Source: Candidatus Moraniibacteriota bacterium (GTDB taxonomy: Bacteria; Patescibacteriota; Minisyncoccia; Moranbacterales; UBA2206). From it: a DNA stretch of 64,000 bases. Both the position numbers and the translations under genes were made by a program. The notes under the pieces are model-generated. The model worked only from the letters and a program-made list of their open reading frames with translations, did not search any database and was not told the DNA's origin. The stretch is from assembly GCA_013334765.1 (NCBI GenBank), contig JAAXWW010000003.1:49354-113353 (forward strand), written 5' to 3'. Shown here piece by piece: positions 9,492 to 18,432 of the stretch. Every line of letters starts with the position of its first letter. Position 1 is the first letter of the stretch.

Positions 9492-11861
9492 TTAGAATTC
9501 CAAATGAGTCCAGCCCCTCTGCTTTTCACCATTATCCCCATATTCTTCCGACCTATCGCTGATCTTTTCTAGCATCCCAAAGGGGGTATAATTTTCATCA
9601 CTGTTAATTCTAAACTGATTTCCATATTTAACTACTAACCCTCCAAAAAGACTCATTTTTTTCTTTTTTGTATTTTCCTTGCCTACATACTTCTGCAATG
9701 CCTCAGCTTTAAGTTTATTATCATCTTCGTTGTATCCGATTGCTTTAGTGTCAAAAATTCCTATTTTCCCATCTTTAAACTTAACCAAGAAATCGGGCTG
9801 GAACGTCGAACCATCTCCATATTTGATACCGAAATTCATTTCCATATGTTCATTGCCGTTCTGCCACCACCAAGAAATCTTTGACTCATTTTTTTCCAAG
9901 AAATCAATAAACTCTTCTTCGATTTTGCTATCGAAGTTCAAATATGCTTTTCCGTCTTTGGGTGATTTATATATGGATAATTTACTAGTATATGGTTTAT
10001 ACGTATTCGGGTTGTAATTTCGACTACCGGCGATTTCCCATTCTTCATTCCATTGTTCAATTTCCTCGATCTTTTTTTTCTTTTCCTTTTCCTTTATTGG
10101 TTTATATTCGCAAATAGCATTATCGAACAATTTTTCGAATTCCTCAGCATTATTCAAAACAATGTTTTGAATATAAATGATACCGCCACCAATCAGATTT
10201 ATACCTAAATATTTCTTAAACCACCTATATAATGAATTCTTCACAATAGGAATCGATCGCTTTGGCGCAAACCCGTTTAAGTTTATTTTTATGAGATTCT
10301 CAAAGACTCTCTCTTTATCATCCTGCGAAAGAAAGGCTTGGTAGTTTTCTGATGACTTTATTTTCTCATGATCAAGATGATCGAAAAGCTTGGCGTCGAT
10401 TTCTTTATTAAGAATTATTTCATCCCTTCCTTCCAAATCATCAATGACTATCTTTTTGCTGACAATTTTTTTATTTTTTTCTGCAAATCTAAATTCCAAT
10501 TTCCCTTGCGCTATGCTAAAATAATCACACAATACGGATTCCAAGGAACCATAAAAACTTGCAGTTATGTCACCAAAATCGATTCTGTTTCGATAATATG
10601 ATTTCAACTTCAATTTGTCATATTTATCCTCCCTTTTTACAAATATCGATTTGATGATATTAAGATTCGGGTCGTTTTCTTTTTTGACTTCCAGGCTTTT
10701 TACGTTGGTATACACATATGCCCGATTTAAATCATCGCTATTGTAATGTTTCGCTTCCGGCATACGCAAAATTCTTCCCACCGTCTGAATTTCAAAAACC
10801 AAACTTTTGATCTCCCTGAACCTGACTAATATTTGGGCGCGCGGACAATCCCAACCAGTATCAATCGCTTGTTTAAAAATCAAGAATTCCACATCGCTTT
10901 CGTTCGGAGTGACAAATTCTTTTTCTTGATTTATTTTCTCTTCACTCAGCCAGACAGCCAGTTTATGGTTATCATAGGTGATATCCTTACTCGCCAAAAA
11001 ACTTTCCACAAATTCCTTTTTGTCACTGCCCGCTTCACTATCCGGAATCTGGACCAAAACAAGAGGATTGATGCAAACCCCTTCACTTTCATATTGTTTT
11101 TTTATTTCCAATCTTTTCTGCCATGCGGCCTCCATAATCAATTCTTGCGAAGTAATCTCATCATCAATAATATGATCAATGTTTTCATTAACTATGATTT
11201 CCTTTTTAATCATTCCTTCATCAATCACATCCGATGACTGAACGGTAACTTTTTCGTCATATTTGCCCTCTTTCAATACCGGCGTAGCACTCATCTCAAT
11301 AGTCAACTCAGGATTTATAATTTCATCTCTGAGTTCAAAAGCTCTTTCTGCCTTGTCCCTAGAATGACTTTCATCAATAATGAGAATGATTTTCACACCG
11401 GCTTCTTTCGTTTTTTGCACCAATTCTCTGAAATTAACCGTCTCTTTGTCCCTCATGAGAACATTTTTCCATTCACCTGTTTTGCCGTCTTTGCTGCTTA
11501 GTTTTTCCCAATTGCCAACAACAACTTCATTTTTTCCAATAACCCTTCGCGAACCGAAAAACTCCTCTTCAAGCAAATATGTCAACGGGAATCCTCGGAA
11601 TTCCTTTTTGAGAACATCGAAGCTTTGTTTATGCAGACTTCCTTTTCCAGGACTCAACCATAGAAAACACAAATCTTCTTCCTGCATTTCAGCGATAAGC
11701 TGCTCGATGTATCGTGACACCATGAATGTCTTTCCGCTTCCGGTCGGTGCCTGAAAAACAATAGTCCGCTTATCTTTTTTTCCATGAAGAAGTTCCTTTG
11801 TTCGCGTCAACAATTTTTCTATGGCCGCTTCCTGATATTGTTTTGCTTGTTTAGGAATCAT
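9492..11861 (-). CDS. res: Type III restriction enzyme Res subunit
   Basis: APTGSGKT, DESH, SAT, GWDCPRA and QTVGRILR helicase motifs; C-terminal PD...DTK nuclease motif; directly follows mod. Confidence 0.9.
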   Translation of the reverse strand: MIPKQAKQYQEAAIEKLLTRTKELLHGKKDKRTIVFQAPTGSGKTFMVSRYIEQLIAEMQEEDLCFLWLSPGKGSLHKQSFDVLKKEFRGFPLTYLLEEEFFGSRRVIGKNEVVVGNWEKLSSKDGKTGEWKNVLMRDKETVNFRELVQKTKEAGVKIILIIDESHSRDKAERAFELRDEIINPELTIEMSATPVLKEGKYDEKVTVQSSDVIDEGMIKKEIIVNENIDHIIDDEITSQELIMEAAWQKRLEIKKQYESEGVCINPLVLVQIPDSEAGSDKKEFVESFLASKDITYDNHKLAVWLSEEKINQEKEFVTPNESDVEFLIFKQAIDTGWDCPRAQILVRFREIKSLVFEIQTVGRILRMPEAKHYNSDDLNRAYVYTNVKSLEVKKENDPNLNIIKSIFVKREDKYDKLKLKSYYRNRIDFGDITASFYGSLESVLCDYFSIAQGKLEFRFAEKNKKIVSKKIVIDDLEGRDEIILNKEIDAKLFDHLDHEKIKSSENYQAFLSQDDKERVFENLIKINLNGFAPKRSIPIVKNSLYRWFKKYLGINLIGGGIIYIQNIVLNNAEEFEKLFDNAICEYKPIKEKEKKKKIEEIEQWNEEWEIAGSRNYNPNTYKPYTSKLSIYKSPKDGKAYLNFDSKIEEEFIDFLEKNESKISWWWQNGNEHMEMNFGIKYGDGSTFQPDFLVKFKDGKIGIFDTKAIGYNEDDNKLKAEALQKYVGKENTKKKKMSLFGGLVVKYGNQFRINSDENYTPFGMLEKISDRSEEYGDNGEKQRGWTHLEF

Positions 11862-11866
11862 ATAGC

Positions 11867-13957
11867 TTATATATTAAAGCTTTCAATTAAGGCTTGCACG
11901 TGTTTATAGAAATTCTCCGCATGTTTGAGCTCATATTCTGAATATTCTCCATGTGACGCGTGATTTCCAATTGCCAGATATGTTTTGTTTTCTTCCCACT
12001 GAACTTTGGAAAAAATATTCTCATTCTTCAGCTTATCATTAAGAATAGCAGCTTTTTCTTCCTTGGCATTTTCCTTCAGAATATTCATACCGCTTCTTTG
12101 CGCGATTTTTTGAATAGTTTTTTCGAGCACAATGCGCAGGATTCTCGCACCTTCGTCTTTCTCTTTTTCTTCAAAAATTTTGACTTTCGCCTTATCGAGA
12201 TCAGAAAAGATCGTATCAGCCTTTACTGAAACATTCATTTTGACCAGCTGCTTATATATTTCAAGGATTTTCTGAGGAATTTCCTCGATGTCAAAATCAT
12301 CGACATCATTGAAAAGACTCACATCAACTGTGCCATCCATCGAAAACATATATATTATTTTCTTGCCTTTGAGTTTTTTTATTTCTTTCAGAAAATCTTC
12401 AAAACTGTCGTCAAGAAAATTATAGTAAACGCACAGAAATTTATCTTTTTTATGAGATGAGAAAATCTTGTAATCCTCTTGTTTGGATTCCAGATTGAAT
12501 ATATTTTCTTTCACGCAAAGCATCTGTGTGCATTTTTGCGTGAGATCAACACGCACCTGATCTTTGCTCTTTGTTTTTTTAACCAAATCAGTGCGGAAAT
12601 ATTGCAAATTCCCGCCCAGCCCTTCCACTTTTTCACCGTTACCATTTTTGTTATACCCATTGATAACTTTTTGCAAACGAGGATATGTCACTTCTTCGCA
12701 AATACCATTTTCGTTGTTCGTACAAAGAATAAATTTTCTATTTCCTCCATCATCTTCATTTAATTTTAAAACTGCTTGCCCTGTAGTACCAGAACCAGCA
12801 AAAAAATCAAGAATTATAGCATTATCATTTTTTGAACAAACACGAATACAATCAACAACTGCATACAAGGATTTTGGAAATGAAAAACTGCCCGAATTTC
12901 CAATTATTTCGTCGAGAATTGAAGTTCCATGCTCACTTGCTGAATATCTAACATCATCCCAAAAACTTTTTGGCGTTTCACCTTCTAATCCTCCTTTAAA
13001 TCTAAAATATACCTGATACCCATGTTTAGTTTGTTTTACTGAAAGATCTCCATTTTTATATAATTTTTCAATATCATCTTTTCCTCTTCTCCATATTCTT
13101 TTTTGATTTTTCGTATCTATTGGCAAAATCTCAATTTCTAATTTTTTTAACGCACTAATTTCTCCTGTTTTTGGATTAAAATATATAGAATAGTATCTGT
13201 CATAAAAAGATCCGTCCTTTTTTATCGCAAGACTGTCCTGCCCCTCCTTTCTCAAATTACGTTCTTCAAACCAATTTCCTGAATCATCCTGATAATATTT
13301 GTGATTTTTATCCTTTGGATGGACAAAAAATGGAGAAACCTTCGTTTCTATGCTTTTTGCGAAAAAAATAGCATACTCATGTTGCAAAGCAACTTTCTTT
13401 TTGCTTTTTCTTCCTCCTGGATTGTTTCTAATTACAACAGTACCTAGATGATTATTTTCACCAAATATCTTATCTAATAACATCCATAGTGTTCGTAGTT
13501 CATAATCATCAATTGTTATGCAAATGATACCATCCTCTTTTAGAATATTTTTTGCAATATTTAATCGCTTTTCCATCATATTAAGCCACTTTGAATGCCT
13601 GTAACCATCATCCTCGCCTACAAATCTATTATTATATTTCCAGTCTTTTGCACCAGTGTTGTACGGCGGATCAATATAAATCACATCAATTTTTTCCTTG
13701 TGCGTATAATTCAAAACGGTGAGCGCATGATAGTTATCGCCTTCAATCAAAATATTGTCAGTCTCATCGCATGTTTTTATTTCTTTTCCCTTTACGTGCT
13801 TCAAAACCGGTAGATTATTTTCACAATCCAAAACAACCTGCTCCGGCTCACGTTCCGAATCCCAAACTAATCCATATTTTTTAGATGACAATTCTGCCTC
13901 CTGTTTTTCAACAAGCTTTAGAAGATCTTCTTTGGATAGATTTGAGTATTTATTCAT
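11867..13957 (-). CDS. mod: Type III R-M adenine methyltransferase Mod with C-terminal HEPN/DUF4145-like extension
   Basis: IEGDN, IDPPYNTG, FPKS, DFFAGSGTT motifs; ~120-aa helical tail containing GNHASH. Confidence 0.9.
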   Translation of the reverse strand: MNKYSNLSKEDLLKLVEKQEAELSSKKYGLVWDSEREPEQVVLDCENNLPVLKHVKGKEIKTCDETDNILIEGDNYHALTVLNYTHKEKIDVIYIDPPYNTGAKDWKYNNRFVGEDDGYRHSKWLNMMEKRLNIAKNILKEDGIICITIDDYELRTLWMLLDKIFGENNHLGTVVIRNNPGGRKSKKKVALQHEYAIFFAKSIETKVSPFFVHPKDKNHKYYQDDSGNWFEERNLRKEGQDSLAIKKDGSFYDRYYSIYFNPKTGEISALKKLEIEILPIDTKNQKRIWRRGKDDIEKLYKNGDLSVKQTKHGYQVYFRFKGGLEGETPKSFWDDVRYSASEHGTSILDEIIGNSGSFSFPKSLYAVVDCIRVCSKNDNAIILDFFAGSGTTGQAVLKLNEDDGGNRKFILCTNNENGICEEVTYPRLQKVINGYNKNGNGEKVEGLGGNLQYFRTDLVKKTKSKDQVRVDLTQKCTQMLCVKENIFNLESKQEDYKIFSSHKKDKFLCVYYNFLDDSFEDFLKEIKKLKGKKIIYMFSMDGTVDVSLFNDVDDFDIEEIPQKILEIYKQLVKMNVSVKADTIFSDLDKAKVKIFEEKEKDEGARILRIVLEKTIQKIAQRSGMNILKENAKEEKAAILNDKLKNENIFSKVQWEENKTYLAIGNHASHGEYSEYELKHAENFYKHVQALIESFNI

Positions 13958-13986
13958 AATATTGCAAACTTGGATAATTTCTATTT

Positions 13987-14316
13987 CTATTTTTTATTTT
14001 CTATATTTTTTAGCCTCATGTCTAAATTATCGATTCTTTTTGTAAATTTCTCATACCTCTCTGCATTATCCCTATAGTAGTCAAAAAGAAGAGGAATCAA
14101 TGCAAGAAAAAAAGCAACTATAATTATACCAGCAATCCCCATAATAAAATTTATCGCCTTATCTTGATTTTTTTCTGATCTCCTCAAGGATTTCTCTATA
14201 TCAAGCGCCTTAATTTCCAAAGCATCAAGCCTGGTAGAAGCGGGAACTGATGTTGCTTTCACAGAAACCTCACTAGACGTCGAACTTGTTGAAATTTTTT
14301 CTTTCAAATTAGACAT
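13987..14316 (-). CDS. Hypothetical single-TM coiled-coil protein
   Basis: 109 aa, one TM helix, overlaps the neighbouring gene in the island operon. Confidence 0.65.
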   Translation of the reverse strand: MSNLKEKISTSSTSSEVSVKATSVPASTRLDALEIKALDIEKSLRRSEKNQDKAINFIMGIAGIIIVAFFLALIPLLFDYYRDNAERYEKFTKRIDNLDMRLKNIENKK

Positions 14317-14698
14317 TATTTGCTTTTTCTAGAATCAAATAATTACTTTCGCTCAAAAGATGTTCTCCTGATTTAATTCTTATTAAATATCTCCCTTCGC
14401 TCGCAAATGGCAACCCAATAACATTGGCAACAAAATTTGCCCCTCCCCCATCCTCTTTTATTTCAATATTTCCACCTAATGAAGCAATTACCTGATTTTG
14501 AGGAGAAACAATCTCTATTTTTATATTGTAAAAATTTTTCTTTCCAATTAAGCCAATTGAAATTGCAAAAGCTGGCTGCATTGCTGGAAAATTTACAACA
14601 AATATTCTGTCAAAAATACCAATAATATTCAACTTGCCTTCTTGTGAAAAGAAAGCGTTCTCACTAATATGAACGAATTTTAATTCAATATTTGTCAT
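14309..14698 (-). CDS. DUF6941-like beta-sandwich protein
   Basis: GKLNIIGIFD...FPA...G.Y.I pattern. Confidence 0.7.
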   Translation of the reverse strand: MTNIELKFVHISENAFFSQEGKLNIIGIFDRIFVVNFPAMQPAFAISIGLIGKKNFYNIKIEIVSPQNQVIASLGGNIEIKEDGGGANFVANVIGLPFASEGRYLIRIKSGEHLLSESNYLILEKANNV

Positions 14699-14718
14699 AA
14701 TTTTTTTGAATTTTAAAG

Positions 14719-15405
14719 TTAATTTACCCAAAAGCTACTGCCGTTATCAAATCTATCCCTCTCTATGTTCAAAATTTCCGCAAAGGTACGCTTTGGTATC
14801 CATCTTTTATCTTTTTCTGCCCAATTTTTAAAGATAATTGTTCCCTTTTGATAACTAATGATATTAGAAATAACCATGCCAGCAAGCATAGAGCAAGTTC
14901 CAAAGTTTTTTACCCCCTCAAGATCGCACTGCTTCCTCAAGCCTTTATCATTAGTCAAAATTGCACAATCTGAATAATCTAACACTCCCGTTATCGTTAT
15001 TAAACTCTTATCTTCAATGGATAGATTACTTGTCCATTGGCATGAATTTTTCCAAAGCGTACCACCTCTAAGAGTGGACACCCCTTCTGTTTTAGAGTAA
15101 ATTACATTCACTGAAATGCTAGAGCCATAGAAACTATAGGAAAAATCACCATTAGCTGCCAAAAAAACAGTCCCACTCTTTCCTGAAATACAAGATGTAT
15201 TTGCTATAGACTCAACGAGTATATTTCGTTGATTATTATGTTCATAGGTAAATTCACATGAAACACACTCGGAGCTCGTAGCTGTTTTTAATCCAGCTTG
15301 CGCATAAAAAGCGTTTATTTTTTCTATTTGAATCTGATCTTCTTTTAAGGAATACCTTACTGGATCAATTCCTGATGTATCCCAAATTAAAATTTTGTTT
15401 TTCAT
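14719..15405 (-). CDS. PIN-domain protein (putative ribonuclease)
   Basis: ILIWDTS, LSIED and ILTNDKGLR acidic PIN motifs; start placed at MKNKILIW just after the protease stop. Confidence 0.65.
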   Translation of the reverse strand: MKNKILIWDTSGIDPVRYSLKEDQIQIEKINAFYAQAGLKTATSSECVSCEFTYEHNNQRNILVESIANTSCISGKSGTVFLAANGDFSYSFYGSSISVNVIYSKTEGVSTLRGGTLWKNSCQWTSNLSIEDKSLITITGVLDYSDCAILTNDKGLRKQCDLEGVKNFGTCSMLAGMVISNIISYQKGTIIFKNWAEKDKRWIPKRTFAEILNIERDRFDNGSSFWVN

Positions 15406-15409
15406 AACC

Positions 15410-16426
15410 TTATTTCCACCCCTGTCCAAGCACCCTCCACACAATCTGCTCCTGCGGGATATTAATAACACCCACCTGAGTTTGCTGTTGGACATTTTGC
15501 TGGACTTTTTTAAATTCCATATCGATCTCGAAATGATTACTAATTTCCGCGCTCTCAACATACGCGATCATATATTTATGTAACTCTCCACTTTTGAGTT
15601 CAATTTCAGGATTCCACATTTCAGTCATATGCATATCCCTGTTGTATCCATCATAAACCTCAGTCATCAAATCAGACATCTCCTTATCAGCATCCACGAC
15701 CGTTTTGATTCCCAAATCCTCTTTGGCTTCCTTGCGGCCGATATAGTATTGGTGAGAATATAGTTTTTCAGTCAGAAATTCGATAACCTTCTCAATTTCA
15801 TCCTCCTTAAGCGGTTGCTTATGGCTTTTGAGCAAACGCTTGGCCAGAATCTTGATCAGATTATGCGTGCGATTCACATTGCCGAGCGCTAATGGGTGAA
15901 TCGATGGGTTGCTTTCCACGAATTTGTTGAATATTTTAGTCAGTTCCTCATCGCTTTTGATGCCGAATTTATTCTTTGCCAAATCGAAATAACTCATGAC
16001 CTCTTCGACTGAAATTGGAATTCGGTTTTGTGGATTTTGCGGATCAACTGGATTGAAAACATTGGCGGTTGAAGGATCAATCGGAGAAAGTTCGGACATG
16101 TCACTCATCACAATTTCATCAGCACCAAGTGAAATCATAGTAGCCGCGCTATGGGCTTTGTATGGGATAATAACAGAAAAATGGTCGCAATACTCACGAA
16201 TCATCGAAACCAACCTCCATGGAACCATAGTATCTCCTCCCGCGCTATACAAAACAAGGTCGATTTTTTCTTGTTTGCCGATTTTGCGAAGATGGCTGCT
16301 GATGATCGGAATAATATCCATTGCCACACGCGCATTTACTGGACCTTGCCGATCGCTCGTGGCATAGGTAATAACCTTTGAACCACGCAACTGCTCGATT
16401 TTTTTTATTATTTCTTGTGTTTGCAT
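15410..16426 (-). CDS. ClpP-fold serine protease (SDH_sah family)
   Basis: DLVLYSAGGD, PYKAHSAATMISLGADEIVM, LSPIDP, YSHQY motifs. Confidence 0.85.
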   Translation of the reverse strand: MQTQEIIKKIEQLRGSKVITYATSDRQGPVNARVAMDIIPIISSHLRKIGKQEKIDLVLYSAGGDTMVPWRLVSMIREYCDHFSVIIPYKAHSAATMISLGADEIVMSDMSELSPIDPSTANVFNPVDPQNPQNRIPISVEEVMSYFDLAKNKFGIKSDEELTKIFNKFVESNPSIHPLALGNVNRTHNLIKILAKRLLKSHKQPLKEDEIEKVIEFLTEKLYSHQYYIGRKEAKEDLGIKTVVDADKEMSDLMTEVYDGYNRDMHMTEMWNPEIELKSGELHKYMIAYVESAEISNHFEIDMEFKKVQQNVQQQTQVGVINIPQEQIVWRVLGQGWK

Positions 16427-16450
16427 AATTTTTTATAAATTATATGATAC

Positions 16451-16483
16451 GGTGATATTATATCACCATGAAAAAATTTCACA
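16451..16483 (-). promoter_or_regulatory. Promoter with overlapping 8-1-8 palindrome upstream of the defence operon
   Basis: GGTGATAT-T-ATATCACC at 16451-16467 contains extended -10 TGATATAAT; TTGTGA lies upstream. Confidence 0.55.
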
Positions 16484-16543
16484 ATACCCGCATTGTTGAT
16501 ATTTTTTCCTGTACTCCCATTCTACTCCTTTTTTAACCCTAGT

Positions 16544-17002
16544 TCAAGCGAAAACAAGCACCCTTTCCAGCAGCTCATCGAAGAAAGGCTTCTTCGTTCC
16601 GCCCTCTGCCAGCCGCTCGTCATCCATCACGAAACCTTTCACGATATATTCCCTGAGTTTCTGGGTCGCCCAGATGCGGAATTGGGTGCCGCGGAGGGAT
16701 TTGACTCTATATCCTACAGAGATTATCACATCAAGATTGTAGTGTTCAATATCACGAGAAATGTGCCTATTGCCCTCTTTTTGAACTATCCGGAATTTCC
16801 GGATAGCTGGATCCTTCTCTAATTCTCCCTCGCTAAAAACATTCAGAACATGCTCATTCACTGTCCTTACGTCCTTATCGAACAGTTCCGCCATCTGCTT
16901 CTGACTGAGCCAGACAGTCTCGCCGTCAAGACTGACTTCGATTTCCGTTTTTCCGTCCTCCGTGCTATAGAGGATTACCTTGTTGTTGTTTTTATTGTCC
17001 AT
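16544..17002 (-). pseudogene. Virulence RhuM-family protein, probably 3'-truncated
   Basis: TVWLSQKQMAELF, YNLDVIISVGYRVKSLRGTQFRIWA; ends abruptly after FFDELLER. Confidence 0.75.
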
Positions 17003-17059
17003 TTTTATGTCTTAAGTTTTATTCCCAACCCAAAAAAGCACGATTTGCCTATCGTGCCT

Positions 17060-17094
17060 ATCATAGCAAGCGGGAGATAAAATTATTCTCAAAT
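17060..17094. repeat. 35-bp direct repeat, copy 1 (alkD stop plus promoter)
   Basis: ATCATAGCAAGCGGGAGATAAAATTATTCTCAAAT, identical to 17673-17707. Confidence 0.95.
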
Positions 17095-17139
17095 TTTCTT
17101 TCGGATGGCGAAAAAGGGCAGAAATCCCGCTTCTTTTCG

Positions 17140-17637
17140 CTATCGAACCATTTTGGGATCAAGCGCGATATGCGAAGGCAGAAGCATCTGGATGTCCCCG
17201 ACCGCTTTCATGAAAGCGTCGTAGTTCTTGCCGATCTGCTTGCGGTTTATGGTATAGCCCTGAATCAGATAGCTCTTTAAGACTTTATTTGCCCATTTTC
17301 TGAATTCAACTGCCCTGGAAGAATTCGTTCTGTATCCAACGCTAAGAATGACATCCAAAGCATAGGATTCGACATTTTTTGTCTGAGTTTTTCCCTTAAT
17401 TGCGCCATGCTTAGTGGTATGTGCAAATTTTGCACATACCTTGTCCTTATCAAGCTCCTTATCAGTGAAAATATTCTTAATATGCCTATTGACTACCGTT
17501 CTATCGATCCCGAAGATATCGGCAATCTGTTTTTGCGTCGCCCAGATATTTTCATGCTCGAAATCGCCCCGAAGCTCAATGGCTCCGTTCTTGGCTTGAT
17601 AGATGACTATATCGTTTTTCATTTCTTTCTTTTTCAT
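17140..17637 (-). pseudogene. RhuM-family (RhuM-Fic type) protein, probably 3'-truncated
   Basis: IWATQKQIADIF, YALDVILSVGYRTNSSRAVEFRKWA; no Fic domain follows. Confidence 0.75.
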
Positions 17638-17672
17638 ATTTTTAATTTTTCATAAATAACAACCACTGTATA

Positions 17673-17707
17673 ATCATAGCAAGCGGGAGATAAAATTATT
17701 CTCAAAT
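17673..17707. repeat. 35-bp direct repeat, copy 2
   Basis: Identical to 17060-17094; overlaps the alkD stop codon; contains TGCTATGAT extended -10 on the minus strand. Confidence 0.95.
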
Positions 17708-18424
17708 CTTCTGTTTGAGTGCCAGGTAGTGTTGGCGCTTGGGTTCGCTGAAGCGTTCGATAGCATAGCGGAGGGCGGTGCGGGGCATCTTGGCGGCATG
17801 GGCGTCCAGGAAGGCGCATTCGATTTCTTCGCCGCACCGCTTGCCTACCTCGCGAAGCATCCAGCCGACCGCCTTGTGCATCAGGTCATGTTTGTCGCCG
17901 AGGAGCTTCTTGGCAAGCCTGAGAGTCCACTGGCTTTCGCCCTTCTTGATAAAATGGAAAGTCGCTAGGATCGAAATCCTCCGTTCCCAAAGCAGATCCG
18001 ATCCGGCGAGCGAAAGCAGGATCTTCTTGTCACGGTTCTCGAGATAGCTGCCAACAATCCTGTCAGCCGTCAGATCGACCAGGTCCCAACTGTTGATATG
18101 TTCCGTGTTGGCAAGATATGCATTGAAAATCCCTTCCTTTTTTTCCTCATCCCCTTTCTGGAACTGATCAACCATGACCAAAAGCGCGAAAAGGCGCTCT
18201 TCATGGAAGGCGGAATGAAGGAAGAAAAGGATGTCATCCATCTGGATGCCGCGGTATTTCGCGACCAGGGGGCGCGTGTCCGGAACGACGATGCCCAGGA
18301 ACTTGTCGCCCTCGCCGTATTGCCCTTTTCCAGTCTTGAAAAACCCAGCCAGAACCAGCGCTTTCTCCTTGTTCGCCAGAAGGCGCATCTCTTTTCGTAT
18401 TGCTGAAACTTTTTTGCTGTTCAT
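17702..18424 (-). CDS. DNA alkylation repair protein (AlkD-like)
   Basis: FFKTGKGQYGEGD, INSWDLVD, KAVGWMLREVGK, MPRTALRYAIE. Confidence 0.9.
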   Translation of the reverse strand: MNSKKVSAIRKEMRLLANKEKALVLAGFFKTGKGQYGEGDKFLGIVVPDTRPLVAKYRGIQMDDILFFLHSAFHEERLFALLVMVDQFQKGDEEKKEGIFNAYLANTEHINSWDLVDLTADRIVGSYLENRDKKILLSLAGSDLLWERRISILATFHFIKKGESQWTLRLAKKLLGDKHDLMHKAVGWMLREVGKRCGEEIECAFLDAHAAKMPRTALRYAIERFSEPKRQHYLALKQKI

Positions 18425-18432
18425 GGGCGTAT

